Assembly: GCA_964472625.1 (NCBI GenBank)
Contig: CAYYLM010000004.1
Location: forward strand, 27,422 to 91,421
Direction: 5' to 3'
Length of the DNA: 64,000 nt
From: an uncultured Dehalococcoidales bacterium
Lineage (GTDB): Bacteria; Chloroflexota; Dehalococcoidia; Dehalococcoidales; UBA5760
In this document: positions 22,844-31,945 of the stretch, piece after piece
Numbering within the stretch: position 1 is the first letter of the stretch
Layout of the letters: the number at the start of each line of letters is the position of its first letter
The notes under the pieces: model-generated
The model's input: only the letters and a program-made list of their open reading frames with translations
Database searches by the model: none
Told to the model about the DNA's origin: nothing
Translations under genes and position numbers: made by a program

Positions 22844-23776
22844 CTAATTCCTACCCTTAGATTCCAAAATAGCCCTGCCTCTGGCTACATCCTCAGCTAT
22901 CTGCTGTTTTAACGCCTCAACACTACCGAACTGCTTCTCACTACGGAGCCTCTCCATTATATCAATTTTTAGCACCTGACCATACAGGTTACCCCGGTAG
23001 CCAAGGATATAAACCTCAACTACGCTCTTCTCGCCACCGAAAGTAGGTCGCCGGCCGATATTAGTCACTGATTCATAGGCACGACTACCAACATAAGCCC
23101 AGGTAGCGTAAACACCCTCGGCAGGAAGAGCCTGCTCCGGTTCTATCTTCAGATTGGCCGTCGGGTAATCCAGCTTCGCCCCCCGGCTCTCACCACGGAC
23201 TACCTTAGCGCGCAAGCTAAAGGGACGACCGATCAGAATACGCACCCTCTCCAGGTTGCCACCAGCCAGCGCCTCCCTGATGGCGGTGCTGCTTACCATT
23301 TCTCCATTTATCCTTACCGGAGGCACCACGGTTACCGTGAAGCCCATGTCCTCACCCAATTTGCGGAGGGTACTAACATTGCCCTCTCTATCTCGACCCA
23401 AAGTGAAGTCAGGCCCGATTACCAGTTCCTTCAGCCTGAGGTGGTCCTTAAGCAGCGCCACAAACTCTCGGGCGCTCAGCCGAGCCAGCTCCCGAGTAAA
23501 GGGTAAAACGATGACTGCCTCAGCACCCGCATCTTTAAGAAGAGTCTTCCTTTGCTCAAGACTAGTGAGGAAGGGTAGCTTGGTCTTGGGTGACAGCAAT
23601 CTCTGGGGGTGCGGGTCAAAGGTCACCACCCCGATGAGCAGATTAAGCTGTCTGGCTCTTTCTACCAGCTTGGCAAGCAGGCGTTTATGTCCGAGGTGAA
23701 CACCGTCAAAAACCCCAATAGTTAGTATGGTATCCCTATCCGGTGATAAGCGAGATAGCTCTTCCTCTACTGACAT
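22844..23776 (-). CDS. ribF: Bifunctional riboflavin kinase / FMN adenylyltransferase
   Basis: 310 aa. Contains GVFDGVHLGH, a PTANL riboflavin kinase motif and a C-terminal kinase barrel. Confidence 0.92.
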   Translation of the reverse strand: MSVEEELSRLSPDRDTILTIGVFDGVHLGHKRLLAKLVERARQLNLLIGVVTFDPHPQRLLSPKTKLPFLTSLEQRKTLLKDAGAEAVIVLPFTRELARLSAREFVALLKDHLRLKELVIGPDFTLGRDREGNVSTLRKLGEDMGFTVTVVPPVRINGEMVSSTAIREALAGGNLERVRILIGRPFSLRAKVVRGESRGAKLDYPTANLKIEPEQALPAEGVYATWAYVGSRAYESVTNIGRRPTFGGEKSVVEVYILGYRGNLYGQVLKIDIMERLRSEKQFGSVEALKQQIAEDVARGRAILESKGRN

Positions 23777-23911
23777 AACTTCTCACTGAGCAGGATTACC
23801 GATAGCCGAAAATAAGCCAAGTGGCACTCTGTAAGACCCAATTTTACCGCGGATGAAATATTTGAATTAAATACTATCATAAGCCAATCTAGGCGTCAAT
23901 TTAGGGGGGTA

Positions 23912-23940
23912 TTGACAACCCCATAATCAGAGGCTAAACT
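23912..23940 (+). promoter_or_regulatory. Sigma-70-like promoter upstream of the GYD-domain gene
   Basis: TTGACA - 17 nt - TAAACT, about 60 nt upstream of the ATG at 24003. Confidence 0.4.
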
Positions 23941-24002
23941 CTAACCTTAGTAGTTCGGAACCGCCGTCGAGAGGGTGAGGCACTTGCCAAAGGAGGTGAC
24001 GG

Positions 24003-24299
24003 ATGCCTACCTATGTGAGCTTGGTCAGGATGACCGAGGGAGGTCTAAAGAGTATTGCTAGCTTCGGAAAGTCGTGGGAGGAGGGGAGGAAACGGGCTGA
24101 AGCCATGGGCATTAAGCACGTGGCTGCCTACGGGGTATTAGGATCCTACGATATGATGTTCATCTACGAAGCCCCCAACGAGAAAGCGGCGGCAGCTATG
24201 CCGCTATCGTTTGCCCCCCAGGGAAGCGGACAAACCACCACCTGGACTCTGATTCCCATGGAAGAATTCGCACAAATCTCAGCCAGACTAAGAGGTTGA
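24003..24299 (+). CDS. GYD-domain protein
   Basis: 98 aa. The pattern YVSLVRMTEGG ... LGSYDMMFIYEAP matches the GYD family. AAAGGAGG Shine-Dalgarno. Confidence 0.8.
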   Translation: MPTYVSLVRMTEGGLKSIASFGKSWEEGRKRAEAMGIKHVAAYGVLGSYDMMFIYEAPNEKAAAAMPLSFAPQGSGQTTTWTLIPMEEFAQISARLRG

Positions 24300-24377
24300 G
24301 TCTATATAAAATATCAAAGGCTCTGGCAGTGTCTCGCCCTCGCTAGATTAATATGCCCCCTCATAAGCAGCTTCATA

Positions 24378-24602
24378 ATGGATGAAATCCCAAGAGAAAC
24401 AGCTCTCAAACTCTGCCGTGAAATCCGTGAGAAAAACTTCAGCAGGCGTTTTAGTATGGCCCGCATGCAGTGCTGGGGCTGCACCCGATACGCTAAAGGA
24501 GACCCCGATAAGCTGTGCCTCACTAGCCAAGCGGGCAACCGCGGTTGCAGCCTAGTCAACAAACGTTACGAACAACTCAAACAAGGCCCATCGCCGAGCT
24601 AG
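24378..24602 (+). CDS. Hypothetical 74-aa Cys-containing protein
   Basis: ORF only. It has five Cys including a CWGC pair. No family recognised. Overlapping antisense ORFs make the strand choice uncertain. Confidence 0.3.
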   Translation: MDEIPRETALKLCREIREKNFSRRFSMARMQCWGCTRYAKGDPDKLCLTSQAGNRGCSLVNKRYEQLKQGPSPS

Positions 24603-24655
24603 TCTATCTGCCTGGGAAACCGCTGGTGGGTTTCAATTGCAGCCCTAACTACATA

Positions 24656-24684
24656 TTGACTCTAAAACCCGAAGGCAATATAAT
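24656..24684 (+). promoter_or_regulatory. Near-consensus sigma-70 promoter
   Basis: TTGACT - 17 nt - TATAAT (24656-24661 and 24679-24684), about 115 nt upstream of a 29-codon ORF. Confidence 0.55.
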
Positions 24685-24803
24685 CTAAACCGACTGGCGG
24701 TCTTGGGTCACGATTCTGTGAGCAACTTGGTATCTGCGGAATTTCTTGAATCAAGAAGACGAGACGTATCATTTCATCAAAATACTTGAAAAGGAGAAAC
24801 ATT

Positions 24804-24893
24804 ATGCCCGGACTTATAGCAGCCTTGGTTGCCCTGTTTGTGTGGTTACTTTACGAGACTAAATGGCTTACTATCCGTTTGCCTCAAAAATAG
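24804..24893 (+). CDS. 29-aa hydrophobic peptide (MPGLIAALVALFVWLLYETKWLTIRLPQK)
   Basis: Below the ORF-track size cutoff. An AAGGAG Shine-Dalgarno lies 7 nt before the ATG. It has one predicted TM helix and a basic C-terminus, and lies downstream of the consensus promoter. Confidence 0.4.
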   Translation: MPGLIAALVALFVWLLYETKWLTIRLPQK

Positions 24894-25161
24894 CCACCAT
24901 ATTCTGCTTCACGTAGTGACCCTGTAGACTAATTGGACGTGGGCGACATTAGCCGAAAAAAGCGGAGGTATTCAGAAATCCACAGCATCTTCAAACCTCA
25001 AGGGTAGGAGCAGTTCTGTATACGTGAGGCTATTTTAATTAAATGAATCACAATTCTTCAAACATAAGGACTACTCAAAGCCTGCTTTGGCCAATAGGAA
25101 GCAGTTTAGTTCTTGACCACTACGCCCGCAGTAGGAAGTTGGTAAGATTCCGAAAGCAGAG

Positions 25162-25563
25162 GTGGACCTTCACAGTAAAGAGGGCATCATGAAGGAGGCT
25201 AACAGCCGGCCAGATTTGATATCTCGCTACCTTAAGCGTTCAAGAACTTCATTTAAGAAGTTGTTCAGCAGTATTCCCAATCTTGCCCCTGACGGTGATA
25301 AGAGTGTCCACCGCAACACAAAGTCCTCAACTAGGGAAGTAGCCAAGCCCGAGCAGAGGTATCAAGACCTATTAGCGAAGCTTCAGAGAGACCATACTGG
25401 AGTGCCGAGGGCAAGAGAAAGACCAAGAAGTGTACGGCAACTTCAAGAAGCCGTTAATGATATCGTGTGTGAGCGAAAACAGAAAATGGCCAATGCCCAC
25501 AGCAAAGAGGAGATACTACTGGAGTTTGTGGGCGGCCTATATAAGATCAAGTCTCTGCTATAG
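25162..25563 (+). CDS. Hypothetical basic protein
   Basis: 133-aa ORF. The more likely start is the ATG at 25189, preceded by AAGAGGG. The sequence is Lys/Arg/Ser-rich, probably disordered, and matches no family I recognise. Confidence 0.4.
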   Translation: MDLHSKEGIMKEANSRPDLISRYLKRSRTSFKKLFSSIPNLAPDGDKSVHRNTKSSTREVAKPEQRYQDLLAKLQRDHTGVPRARERPRSVRQLQEAVNDIVCERKQKMANAHSKEEILLEFVGGLYKIKSLL

Positions 25564-26521
25564 AATGGGAAGACCCGCACTAGCGGCACCCATGAGAGAC
25601 AGTGACTCCCCACAGCGCGGTTAATCAGAAACCACTGTTCACTCTCCTCCATCCTAATAGCGTAATAAGACGATTAACCGTTAGGATAAAACCCTACACT
25701 ACCAATTTGTAACAGTGGCTTCCACGGGGTTCTCGTTTATTAGAATCTACCACTGGCTTATGCCTGTATATAACCTTCATGCAGTTAAGGCACTGCCAGC
25801 CGTCTTCATGTCTTATGAAGGTGTCACCATAACAGTAAGGCTTGGGGCATACTTGTGGTGGCTTATTTGCATGTATTGTTTCTATTACCGCAGGTTCGAT
25901 GATGCTCCTCTCCTTCTCTTCCTACAATGGAATTGTTTTGAAGAATGTTTTCCATTAGGATATATGCTGGCCCACCCATACCCCATAAGCAATTAGTCCA
26001 GCTGCTACCAGAGCACCGATTAAAACTATTATCCGGTTACGCTTACTCATTCTTCATCTCTAGAGATTACTTCTCATAACCCTTATTAACTCTATGTCAT
26101 CATAAGTATTTAAAACTATCGCTAAGTACGCTTCAATCACCCATTGGTACCATTCTGTTTGGAAATAGACTATACGAAAGTAGGAAACAACACTTGGTTT
26201 AAGACCTGGCTATACCCCCGCCGAGCATTTTAATCAATTTCCAGCTAATTCTCGTACCTAATTAATTAGGGAGATTAAAGGCCTTTAATAGTTTTCCAAA
26301 GTTATCAAAAAGGGGGGAATTAATACTCAGAGTGGCATTTCGCACGGGATAGACGAGTTGCGAAGGGCTTCTAGCAGAAAGATTTATACTTGTGCGTATG
26401 CTAACCTAGAGATTATGATTATTAGGAGAACTATTCCAGTGGTTAGATAGCGAGGTATCTTATAGGTACAAACGTTAAGGCAGCATTCAGAAGTCGGAAT
26501 TTCATTTTTATTCTGGCCATA

Positions 26522-27379
26522 GTGCTTGGACTCACTCTAGGTCAGGGGGCTGATTTTATAAAGCCTCTGCTATTGCCATCGGTAGCAGTAGCTATGACTC
26601 TCAGCACCATCAGCATAACGAATCGTGATCTTGCCTCTATCATACGTAACCCACGAACTCTATTAGTTTCACTATTGCTTAACTATGTTATTTTGAGCGG
26701 TGTAATGCTGCTTATGGCTAAGTTTATCTTAAACGATGGTGAATTATGGGCTGGGTTCGTGACCATTGCCGCAATGCCGCCGGCAACTTCCATAGTACCC
26801 TTCACCTACATGTTGGGAGGTGATATAGTTTTTTCCCTTATTGGTGTAGCTGGATTATATCTGGTAGCGATAGCTCTTGCACCCGCCATGATGGTACTGT
26901 CTCTAGGTGTCGACTTAGTCAATCCAGTCAAGTTACTCCTTACCCTCTTATACCTAATAATCATTCCGGTTGCGGTATCACGATTACTCCTTTTCAAGGG
27001 CCTACGTGAGGCCATTACTAAGTGGCAGGATACAGCGGTGACGTGGTGCTATTTCACTGCGGCTTACATCATAATCGGTTCAAATCAACAGTTCTTTTTC
27101 GAGCAAGCTGGTGTTTTGTTGAGGGTTCTGGCAATAGCTCTTACCGTTACCTTTGTCGTAGGACAACTCATTTTCCTCACCGCTAGGAAGTTACATATCG
27201 ACTGGTCAAGGAGCATCACCTTCTCAGTAATGGCCACCAGGAAAAACACTAGCTTGGCTAGTGCTATCGCAATTGCGTTTCTTGGCCAGAGAGCCTCTTT
27301 TCCCGCCGCTATCTACACAATAGTCCAAATCGTATATCTGGTGTGGCAGGGGTTTTACCTTAAGAAACGGACGGGATAA
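26522..27379 (+). CDS. BASS/SBF-like membrane transporter, paralog of 9383-10309; N-terminus apparently lacks a canonical start
   Basis: 285 aa from GTG 26522. The same reading frame stays open back to 26447 and encodes KAAFRSRNFIFILAI, which aligns with the paralog N-terminus RFSHLFRNMGFILALA. That stretch contains no ATG, GTG or TTG. Confidence 0.6.
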   Translation: MLGLTLGQGADFIKPLLLPSVAVAMTLSTISITNRDLASIIRNPRTLLVSLLLNYVILSGVMLLMAKFILNDGELWAGFVTIAAMPPATSIVPFTYMLGGDIVFSLIGVAGLYLVAIALAPAMMVLSLGVDLVNPVKLLLTLLYLIIIPVAVSRLLLFKGLREAITKWQDTAVTWCYFTAAYIIIGSNQQFFFEQAGVLLRVLAIALTVTFVVGQLIFLTARKLHIDWSRSITFSVMATRKNTSLASAIAIAFLGQRASFPAAIYTIVQIVYLVWQGFYLKKRTG

Positions 27380-27386
27380 ATGTAGC

Positions 27387-27419
27387 GACAAGCCTTTGTG
27401 GCTCAGACTTGTCTTTTTT
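27387..27419 (+). terminator. Rho-independent terminator after the transporter paralog
   Basis: GACAAG ... CTTGTC stem with an inner AGCC/GGCT pairing, followed by TTTTTT. Confidence 0.5.
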
Positions 27420-27499
27420 CAAGAGACTTAAATCCCTCCGACCTTCTTAATCAATTTTCAATATACGGGAAATATAGGGCTTACCCCATAATAACACAA

Positions 27500-27636
27500 G
27501 GCGCCTGATCGAATTCAGGCGCCTCACTTTTACAAAATATACCCAGTTAAAACTTATTACCATTGAACAAACATCGGTATGCTTACTAATCCTTCCCTTA
27601 TAGGTTTATACTCTCGGATACATGTATTTGTTGAAT
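27500..27636. repeat. Intergenic repeat, copy A: 9-bp GC hairpin plus conserved 28-nt box plus distal imperfect inverted partner
   Basis: GGCGCCTGA-N6-TCAGGCGCC (27500-27523). Box TTATTACCATTGAACAAACATCGGTATG (27555-27581). Partner ATGTATTTGTTGAAT (27622-27636) pairs imperfectly with the box. Confidence 0.75.
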
Positions 27637-27835
27637 CCACAGAGCTTCTATTATATCATTTATATCATACAGTTATGCTTCGAAGTAAATAATTAGTAAT
27701 TAGTCTGATCTGGCCTAATTAGAAAAAGCCCCAGTGACTTGATCTATCGTCAACCACTAACGGTAACAGCCTATTTCACGCAATACGCAAGACATCTTTC
27801 TAGAACCATGAGAAAATGAAAATGGAGGGACAGAG

Positions 27836-28849
27836 ATGAAAATGTGTTTTCTTGGTAAGAGTGGTATTAGGGTATCCGAGCTATGCTTCGGAACCATGAC
27901 CTTCGGGGGTCGTGGGGATTTCTTTAAGGCAGTCGGTCAAGTTGACCAAAATGAAGCCAACACAATGGTGGCTATGGCCTTAGACGCTGGGATAAACTTT
28001 TTTGACACAGCGGATGTATATTCTCAGGGTCTATCTGAGGAAATCTGTGGTAAGGCACTAGGAGTTAGGCGAAAAAACGTAATTCTGGCAACCAAAGTCC
28101 GTGCTAGAACCGGGGCAGGACCAAACGACGTGGGGCTTTCAAGGCATCACATCCTAGAGGAATGCGATGCTAGTCTCAAGAGACTGGGGACAGATTATAT
28201 TGACCTCTATCAGGTTCATAGCTTCGATCCTATAACACCATTAGAGGAGACCTTGCGTACACTTGATGACTTAGTTCGTCAAGGTAAAGTGCGCTATATC
28301 GGATGTTCAAATTTCGCTGCCTGGCAATTGATGAAAGCTTTAGCTGTTTCAGAGAAGTACGGCTGGGAAAGATTTATATCACTTCAAGCCTTTTATTCCT
28401 TGCTGGCGCGCGAATTGGAAAATGAGTTGGTTCCACTGTGCTTAGACCAGGGAATGGGGATCCTAGTCTGGGGTCCTTTAAGTTGGGGCTTTCTCACTGG
28501 CAAATACCGACGCGGGCAACCTCGACCCAAAGATTCCCGTATCACCAAGCTGGAATCGATTCCGTTGGTATTCGACGAGGAAAAAGGATTTGATGTTGTG
28601 GATGAACTGAACCTAATCAGCAAAGAGCACAAAGTTACCGTGCCACAGGCAGCTATAAATTATCTTCTTCGCAAACCAGGAATAACTTCAGTAATCATTG
28701 GCGCAAGGACACGCCAGCAGCTCGCCGACAATTTAAAGGCAACCGACTGGGAGATGACGTCCTCAGAAATGGCTAGGCTTGATCAGATCACAAATCCTTT
28801 GCCTTTATATCCATACTGGTTTCTGACGGGGAGGGTACACGAACGCTGA
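27836..28849 (+). CDS. Aldo/keto reductase
   Basis: 337 aa. Contains LCFGTMTFGG, FFDTADVY and IGCSNF motifs of the AKR superfamily. GGAGGGA Shine-Dalgarno. Confidence 0.9.
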   Translation: MKMCFLGKSGIRVSELCFGTMTFGGRGDFFKAVGQVDQNEANTMVAMALDAGINFFDTADVYSQGLSEEICGKALGVRRKNVILATKVRARTGAGPNDVGLSRHHILEECDASLKRLGTDYIDLYQVHSFDPITPLEETLRTLDDLVRQGKVRYIGCSNFAAWQLMKALAVSEKYGWERFISLQAFYSLLARELENELVPLCLDQGMGILVWGPLSWGFLTGKYRRGQPRPKDSRITKLESIPLVFDEEKGFDVVDELNLISKEHKVTVPQAAINYLLRKPGITSVIIGARTRQQLADNLKATDWEMTSSEMARLDQITNPLPLYPYWFLTGRVHER

Positions 28850-28886
28850 GTGAGCGCTATGATAATACCTAATCTAGATACCAAGA

Positions 28887-28919
28887 GCCCCTCGAGAAAT
28901 CGAGGGGCTTATTATTTTA
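28887..28919 (+). terminator. Rho-independent terminator after the AKR gene
   Basis: Perfect 8-bp stem GCCCCTCG / CGAGGGGC with a 6-nt loop, followed by TTATTATTTT. Confidence 0.65.
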
Positions 28920-28938
28920 AGAATTCCATGCTCAAAAT

Positions 28939-28973
28939 TTATTACCATTGAACAAACATCGGGATGTTTGTTC
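28939..28973. repeat. Intergenic repeat, copy B: conserved box forming a tight hairpin
   Basis: TTATTACCATTGAACAAACATCGGGATG matches copy A at 27 of 28 positions. GAACAAACAT-CGGG-ATGTTTGTTC forms a perfect 10-bp stem. Confidence 0.75.
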
Positions 28974-29141
28974 CGTTGTAGGTATACTTATACCATGGAC
29001 AAGGGCTACTCTCTGCCAACAGGGTACTAAATTCGGGACTATTTAATTAGGTAACAAAAGCATTTGCATAAGGGGTGTCTGTCCAATTCTTCACCATCGG
29101 GCTCAAAACAAAAGCCGTTATTTTAGGCTCCCCGGGTGGGA

Positions 29142-29378
29142 CTAGAAGCCGCTACCGTCAGGAATACCGTCGCCAGAGTTCGGAGCAGGCCCAATCGGTC
29201 CACACCCAGACCCTACATCACCATTTGCTCCGTTAGGGGCATCAAGTCCGCTTCCATCGGAAATACCATCGCCAGCATTAGGGGCAGGCCCCATCGCTCC
29301 AGCACTATCGGCAAGGGCAACACCAGACGTAGCCGCAAACAACGCTATGACCACAACTATCACCAACAACTTTTTCAT
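29142..29378 (-). CDS. Secreted 78-aa Gly/Asp/Pro-repeat peptide
   Basis: Has a Sec-type signal peptide (MKKLLVIVVVIALFAATSGVALA). The mature part contains two copies of GPAPN(A/S)GDGI(S/P)DGSG. Last gene of the ECF sigma cluster. Confidence 0.6.
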   Translation of the reverse strand: MKKLLVIVVVIALFAATSGVALADSAGAMGPAPNAGDGISDGSGLDAPNGANGDVGSGCGPIGPAPNSGDGIPDGSGF

Positions 29379-29427
29379 GGCTTCCTCACTATTAATTAAA
29401 CTTCTTAACCCAGACTATAATGTTAGA

Positions 29428-29586
29428 CTACGGCTGGAAAGGTGGAGGGTCTTGTACCTGCACCTGCACAACCTCACCTTGACCGTTCTCCCCACGGACT
29501 TTGTCACCGCTGGCAGAAACGGCAGAAGCCGTCGTTAGAGATAATACACCGGTAATCAAAAGGGCTAACAAAACCTTTCTTCGCAT
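29428..29586 (-). CDS. Secreted 52-aa peptide (MRRKVLLALLITGVLSLTTASAVSASGDKVRGENGQGEVVQVQVQDPPPFQP)
   Basis: Below the ORF-track cutoff and translated by hand. Strong AAAGGAGGAG Shine-Dalgarno. It has a signal peptide with an ASA-like cleavage site. Confidence 0.5.
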   Translation of the reverse strand: MRRKVLLALLITGVLSLTTASAVSASGDKVRGENGQGEVVQVQVQDPPPFQP

Positions 29587-29642
29587 TGCTCCTCCTTTGC
29601 TCCTACGTTATCGCAGTATTTCACAAGATATTGCTTTAACAG

Positions 29643-30524
29643 CTATTTCTTTGTTTGTACCCAATGGTTCTGAAGATCCGGGCCTTCACCTTCGCTGGTC
29701 TCGCCATATCCTGCTCCCGTGTTACCAGCACTGACACCCCAGCAGTTCTCAAGACCAGGGCCCGCTCCATCACTAGACTCACCCCACCCTGCTCCCGGCT
29801 CGCCTTTAACTACCTCTTCGCCTTTATATCCTGACGCTGATATTGTAACCTCACCAATATCCTGACCGGTGGATACAGTAGCCTCCTGTGAACCTTCCTG
29901 AACGCTCGTGGTTTCTCCCTCACCGGCTATTACTCTGATAGAATTACGCTGCCGCTCCCTGAGCACTAGTTTAACCTGATTGGCCGCCTCGGGGTCTTCT
30001 TGCTCCATCAGCCTTAAAGCCGTTTGCTGGCAGATACAGGCTCTTTCCCTGGTCTGAGTCATGGTTTCCCTGGCTTCTTCAGGAATCTCGCCTACAACGT
30101 CATCAAATATCACGGTGTGTTTTGCCATAGCCAGAGCTACCATTGCCCGAATACGATTGCCCTGATTCCCCGAGGTTTCAACAGCCTCCACTGCAGCATT
30201 TATACGGTCATTGTATCCGCTTAGTGCCCGTATCGTAGCTCTTACGTTATTCCTAGCCATCATGCAGTTCATTTCCGCCAGTCTCTCTTCGGCATACTGC
30301 AAGGCCTTCTGCACCCTCGCTTCTTCTCTGAAGGTAAACCTGAGCGCAATCTGCTCAGCCAACTCATCAAAAAAGTAGAGCGGGCTGTCCGGGGTAATGC
30401 CGGGGTTCGGCAGTTCCGTTGTCTCTTGGGCAAAGGCGGCCCCAGTAGGACAATAAACGAGGGCTAATGTGCAGACGGCAAGGACGATACTTAATCTTCG
30501 CATTGCTTTACCTCCCTTCCACAT
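29643..30524 (-). CDS. Secreted helical DUF5667-like protein with a Gly-rich repeat tail
   Basis: 293-aa ORF. The likely real start is ATG 30503 (MRRLSIVLAV..., after GGAAGGGAGG). After the signal peptide comes PNPGITPDSPLYFFDEL, as in DUF5667. The tail repeats GAGWGESSDGAGPGLENCWG / GAGYGETSEGEGPDLQNHW. Confidence 0.65.
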   Translation of the reverse strand: MWKGGKAMRRLSIVLAVCTLALVYCPTGAAFAQETTELPNPGITPDSPLYFFDELAEQIALRFTFREEARVQKALQYAEERLAEMNCMMARNNVRATIRALSGYNDRINAAVEAVETSGNQGNRIRAMVALAMAKHTVIFDDVVGEIPEEARETMTQTRERACICQQTALRLMEQEDPEAANQVKLVLRERQRNSIRVIAGEGETTSVQEGSQEATVSTGQDIGEVTISASGYKGEEVVKGEPGAGWGESSDGAGPGLENCWGVSAGNTGAGYGETSEGEGPDLQNHWVQTKK

Positions 30525-30667
30525 AGATACATAACGGGGAAAGGGGTAAATTGTTACAGAAGAGCCACCAATGCCTCAAATTCGCCCCGTCCAGCGCGAG
30601 TCGTCCTTGAAAAGGAAAGCCAGTAGCATCACTGATAATACGAGAGGGCTGAAAATGAAAACCTAGG

Positions 30668-31945
30668 TCAGTGTTTTCCGTTACCCGATCCAGCGGACCC
30701 GTCGCCCGAATCACGAGACCCACTACCAGAGTTGTTAGGATCAGGTTTCAAAATTCTTTCCTTTACATTTCCCGGAATGTCTTCAGGTATTGGTGGCTGC
30801 TCCGGGATATCGTCCAAAGCACCCTTTTCCTGCAACCCTTCCACTGCCTGGCCATAAGCGTCGACAGAAGCTTCCATTGCGTTCTCCACCGTTTGCTTTG
30901 CAGGCTCGGGGACTTTACCATAGATGACGCCCAACACTTCGAGATGAGCCGATGCAGCTCGAGCGTTCAGTTCATCAACCTGAGCTGAGCCATTACCCAG
31001 TCCCTTGGAGATTTGGGAAATCTCCTCGCCTAGTCTACTCAGCTCCTCGAATTGCTCGAGTGCTGCTTCGGCTTTATCCAACTGGTTCTCCTCAGCTTTA
31101 TTACGAGCACGACTCAGCCTAGACTCTATCGTCATAAGATTGATTTCGGCAGCTCTTACCGGATTCCCCACGGCAAGGTCCTGCAAAGACCTGATGTGTG
31201 CGTTAAATGCCATCTCTCCGGCCTGCCGGATGCTGTAGCTAGCCTCTTCCGCAACCGTATCCTCGATGGAATCAAACACCTCAATGTGGCCTGAGGTAGC
31301 TAGGGCCAGGGTCTCCAGGGTATTAGCCGATTTCGAGGCATCACCTATTTTCTCCGCGTTTTCCAGGGCTAAGGCAAGGTTCTTTTCGTACCCATCAATT
31401 GCCATAATTAGTTGTTCACTACCTCTATATGCCACAGCCGCAATCTCTCTTAATCTCGTGTTTGCAAATTCGAGCTCCAATTCTACTTCGCCAACATCAT
31501 CGACCTCAATCACCCTACGGATTTGCTCTGTGGCTAGCTTCACGGGGTACAGATTATCACCCGGCAGGCTATCCTGTGAGGCATAGGCTAAACCACCGCC
31601 TAATCCAAAGACACCGGCAACGACGGCAAGCGCGACCGTCGCAGCCTTAAGCCTGACTGAGTAGACCATTCGTTTCGCCTTAACAACCTGCCCGATGCGT
31701 GATGGCCCTTTCGCCATACGGTCTGCGTGAATATGCTCCATGAGACTCGCTCTTGCCCTGGCCTTGAACTCGCGGGACGGCCTTATGTCCGGGGGCTCGC
31801 CTAAACTAACCGCGATATTAAGCAGCGGTTCCAGTTCCTCTCGCAGGGAAGGATAACGCCGGAGACAACCGGCTACATCCGATTTTCCCGATTTAACCGC
31901 TTCAATGCATTCTAGAAGTATTTCCTCTATTCTTTTCTTCGACAT
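30668..31945 (-). CDS. Membrane-anchored anti-sigma-like protein with an extracytoplasmic DUF5667 domain
   Basis: 425 aa. Its ATG overlaps the stop of the sigma factor gene. It has a cytoplasmic N-terminus, one TM helix (ATVALAVVAGVFGLGGGLAYA), then LPGDNLYPVKLATEQ typical of DUF5667. The rest is a long helical ectodomain and a Gly/Ser-rich tail. Confidence 0.7.
   Translation of the reverse strand: MSKKRIEEILLECIEAVKSGKSDVAGCLRRYPSLREELEPLLNIAVSLGEPPDIRPSREFKARARASLMEHIHADRMAKGPSRIGQVVKAKRMVYSVRLKAATVALAVVAGVFGLGGGLAYASQDSLPGDNLYPVKLATEQIRRVIEVDDVGEVELELEFANTRLREIAAVAYRGSEQLIMAIDGYEKNLALALENAEKIGDASKSANTLETLALATSGHIEVFDSIEDTVAEEASYSIRQAGEMAFNAHIRSLQDLAVGNPVRAAEINLMTIESRLSRARNKAEENQLDKAEAALEQFEELSRLGEEISQISKGLGNGSAQVDELNARAASAHLEVLGVIYGKVPEPAKQTVENAMEASVDAYGQAVEGLQEKGALDDIPEQPPIPEDIPGNVKERILKPDPNNSGSGSRDSGDGSAGSGNGKH

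Noticed and set aside
25715-25996. 93-aa plus-strand ORF from the track.
   Set aside because: It has an aberrant composition (Tyr/Cys/Trp/Phe-rich) and no SD. It is antisense to the more structured minus-strand peptide and zinc-ribbon frames.
29136-29399. 87-aa plus-strand ORF overlapping the 78-aa secreted peptide gene.
   Set aside because: It is an Arg/Ser-rich antisense translation. The minus-strand frame has a signal peptide, an SD and internal peptide repeats.
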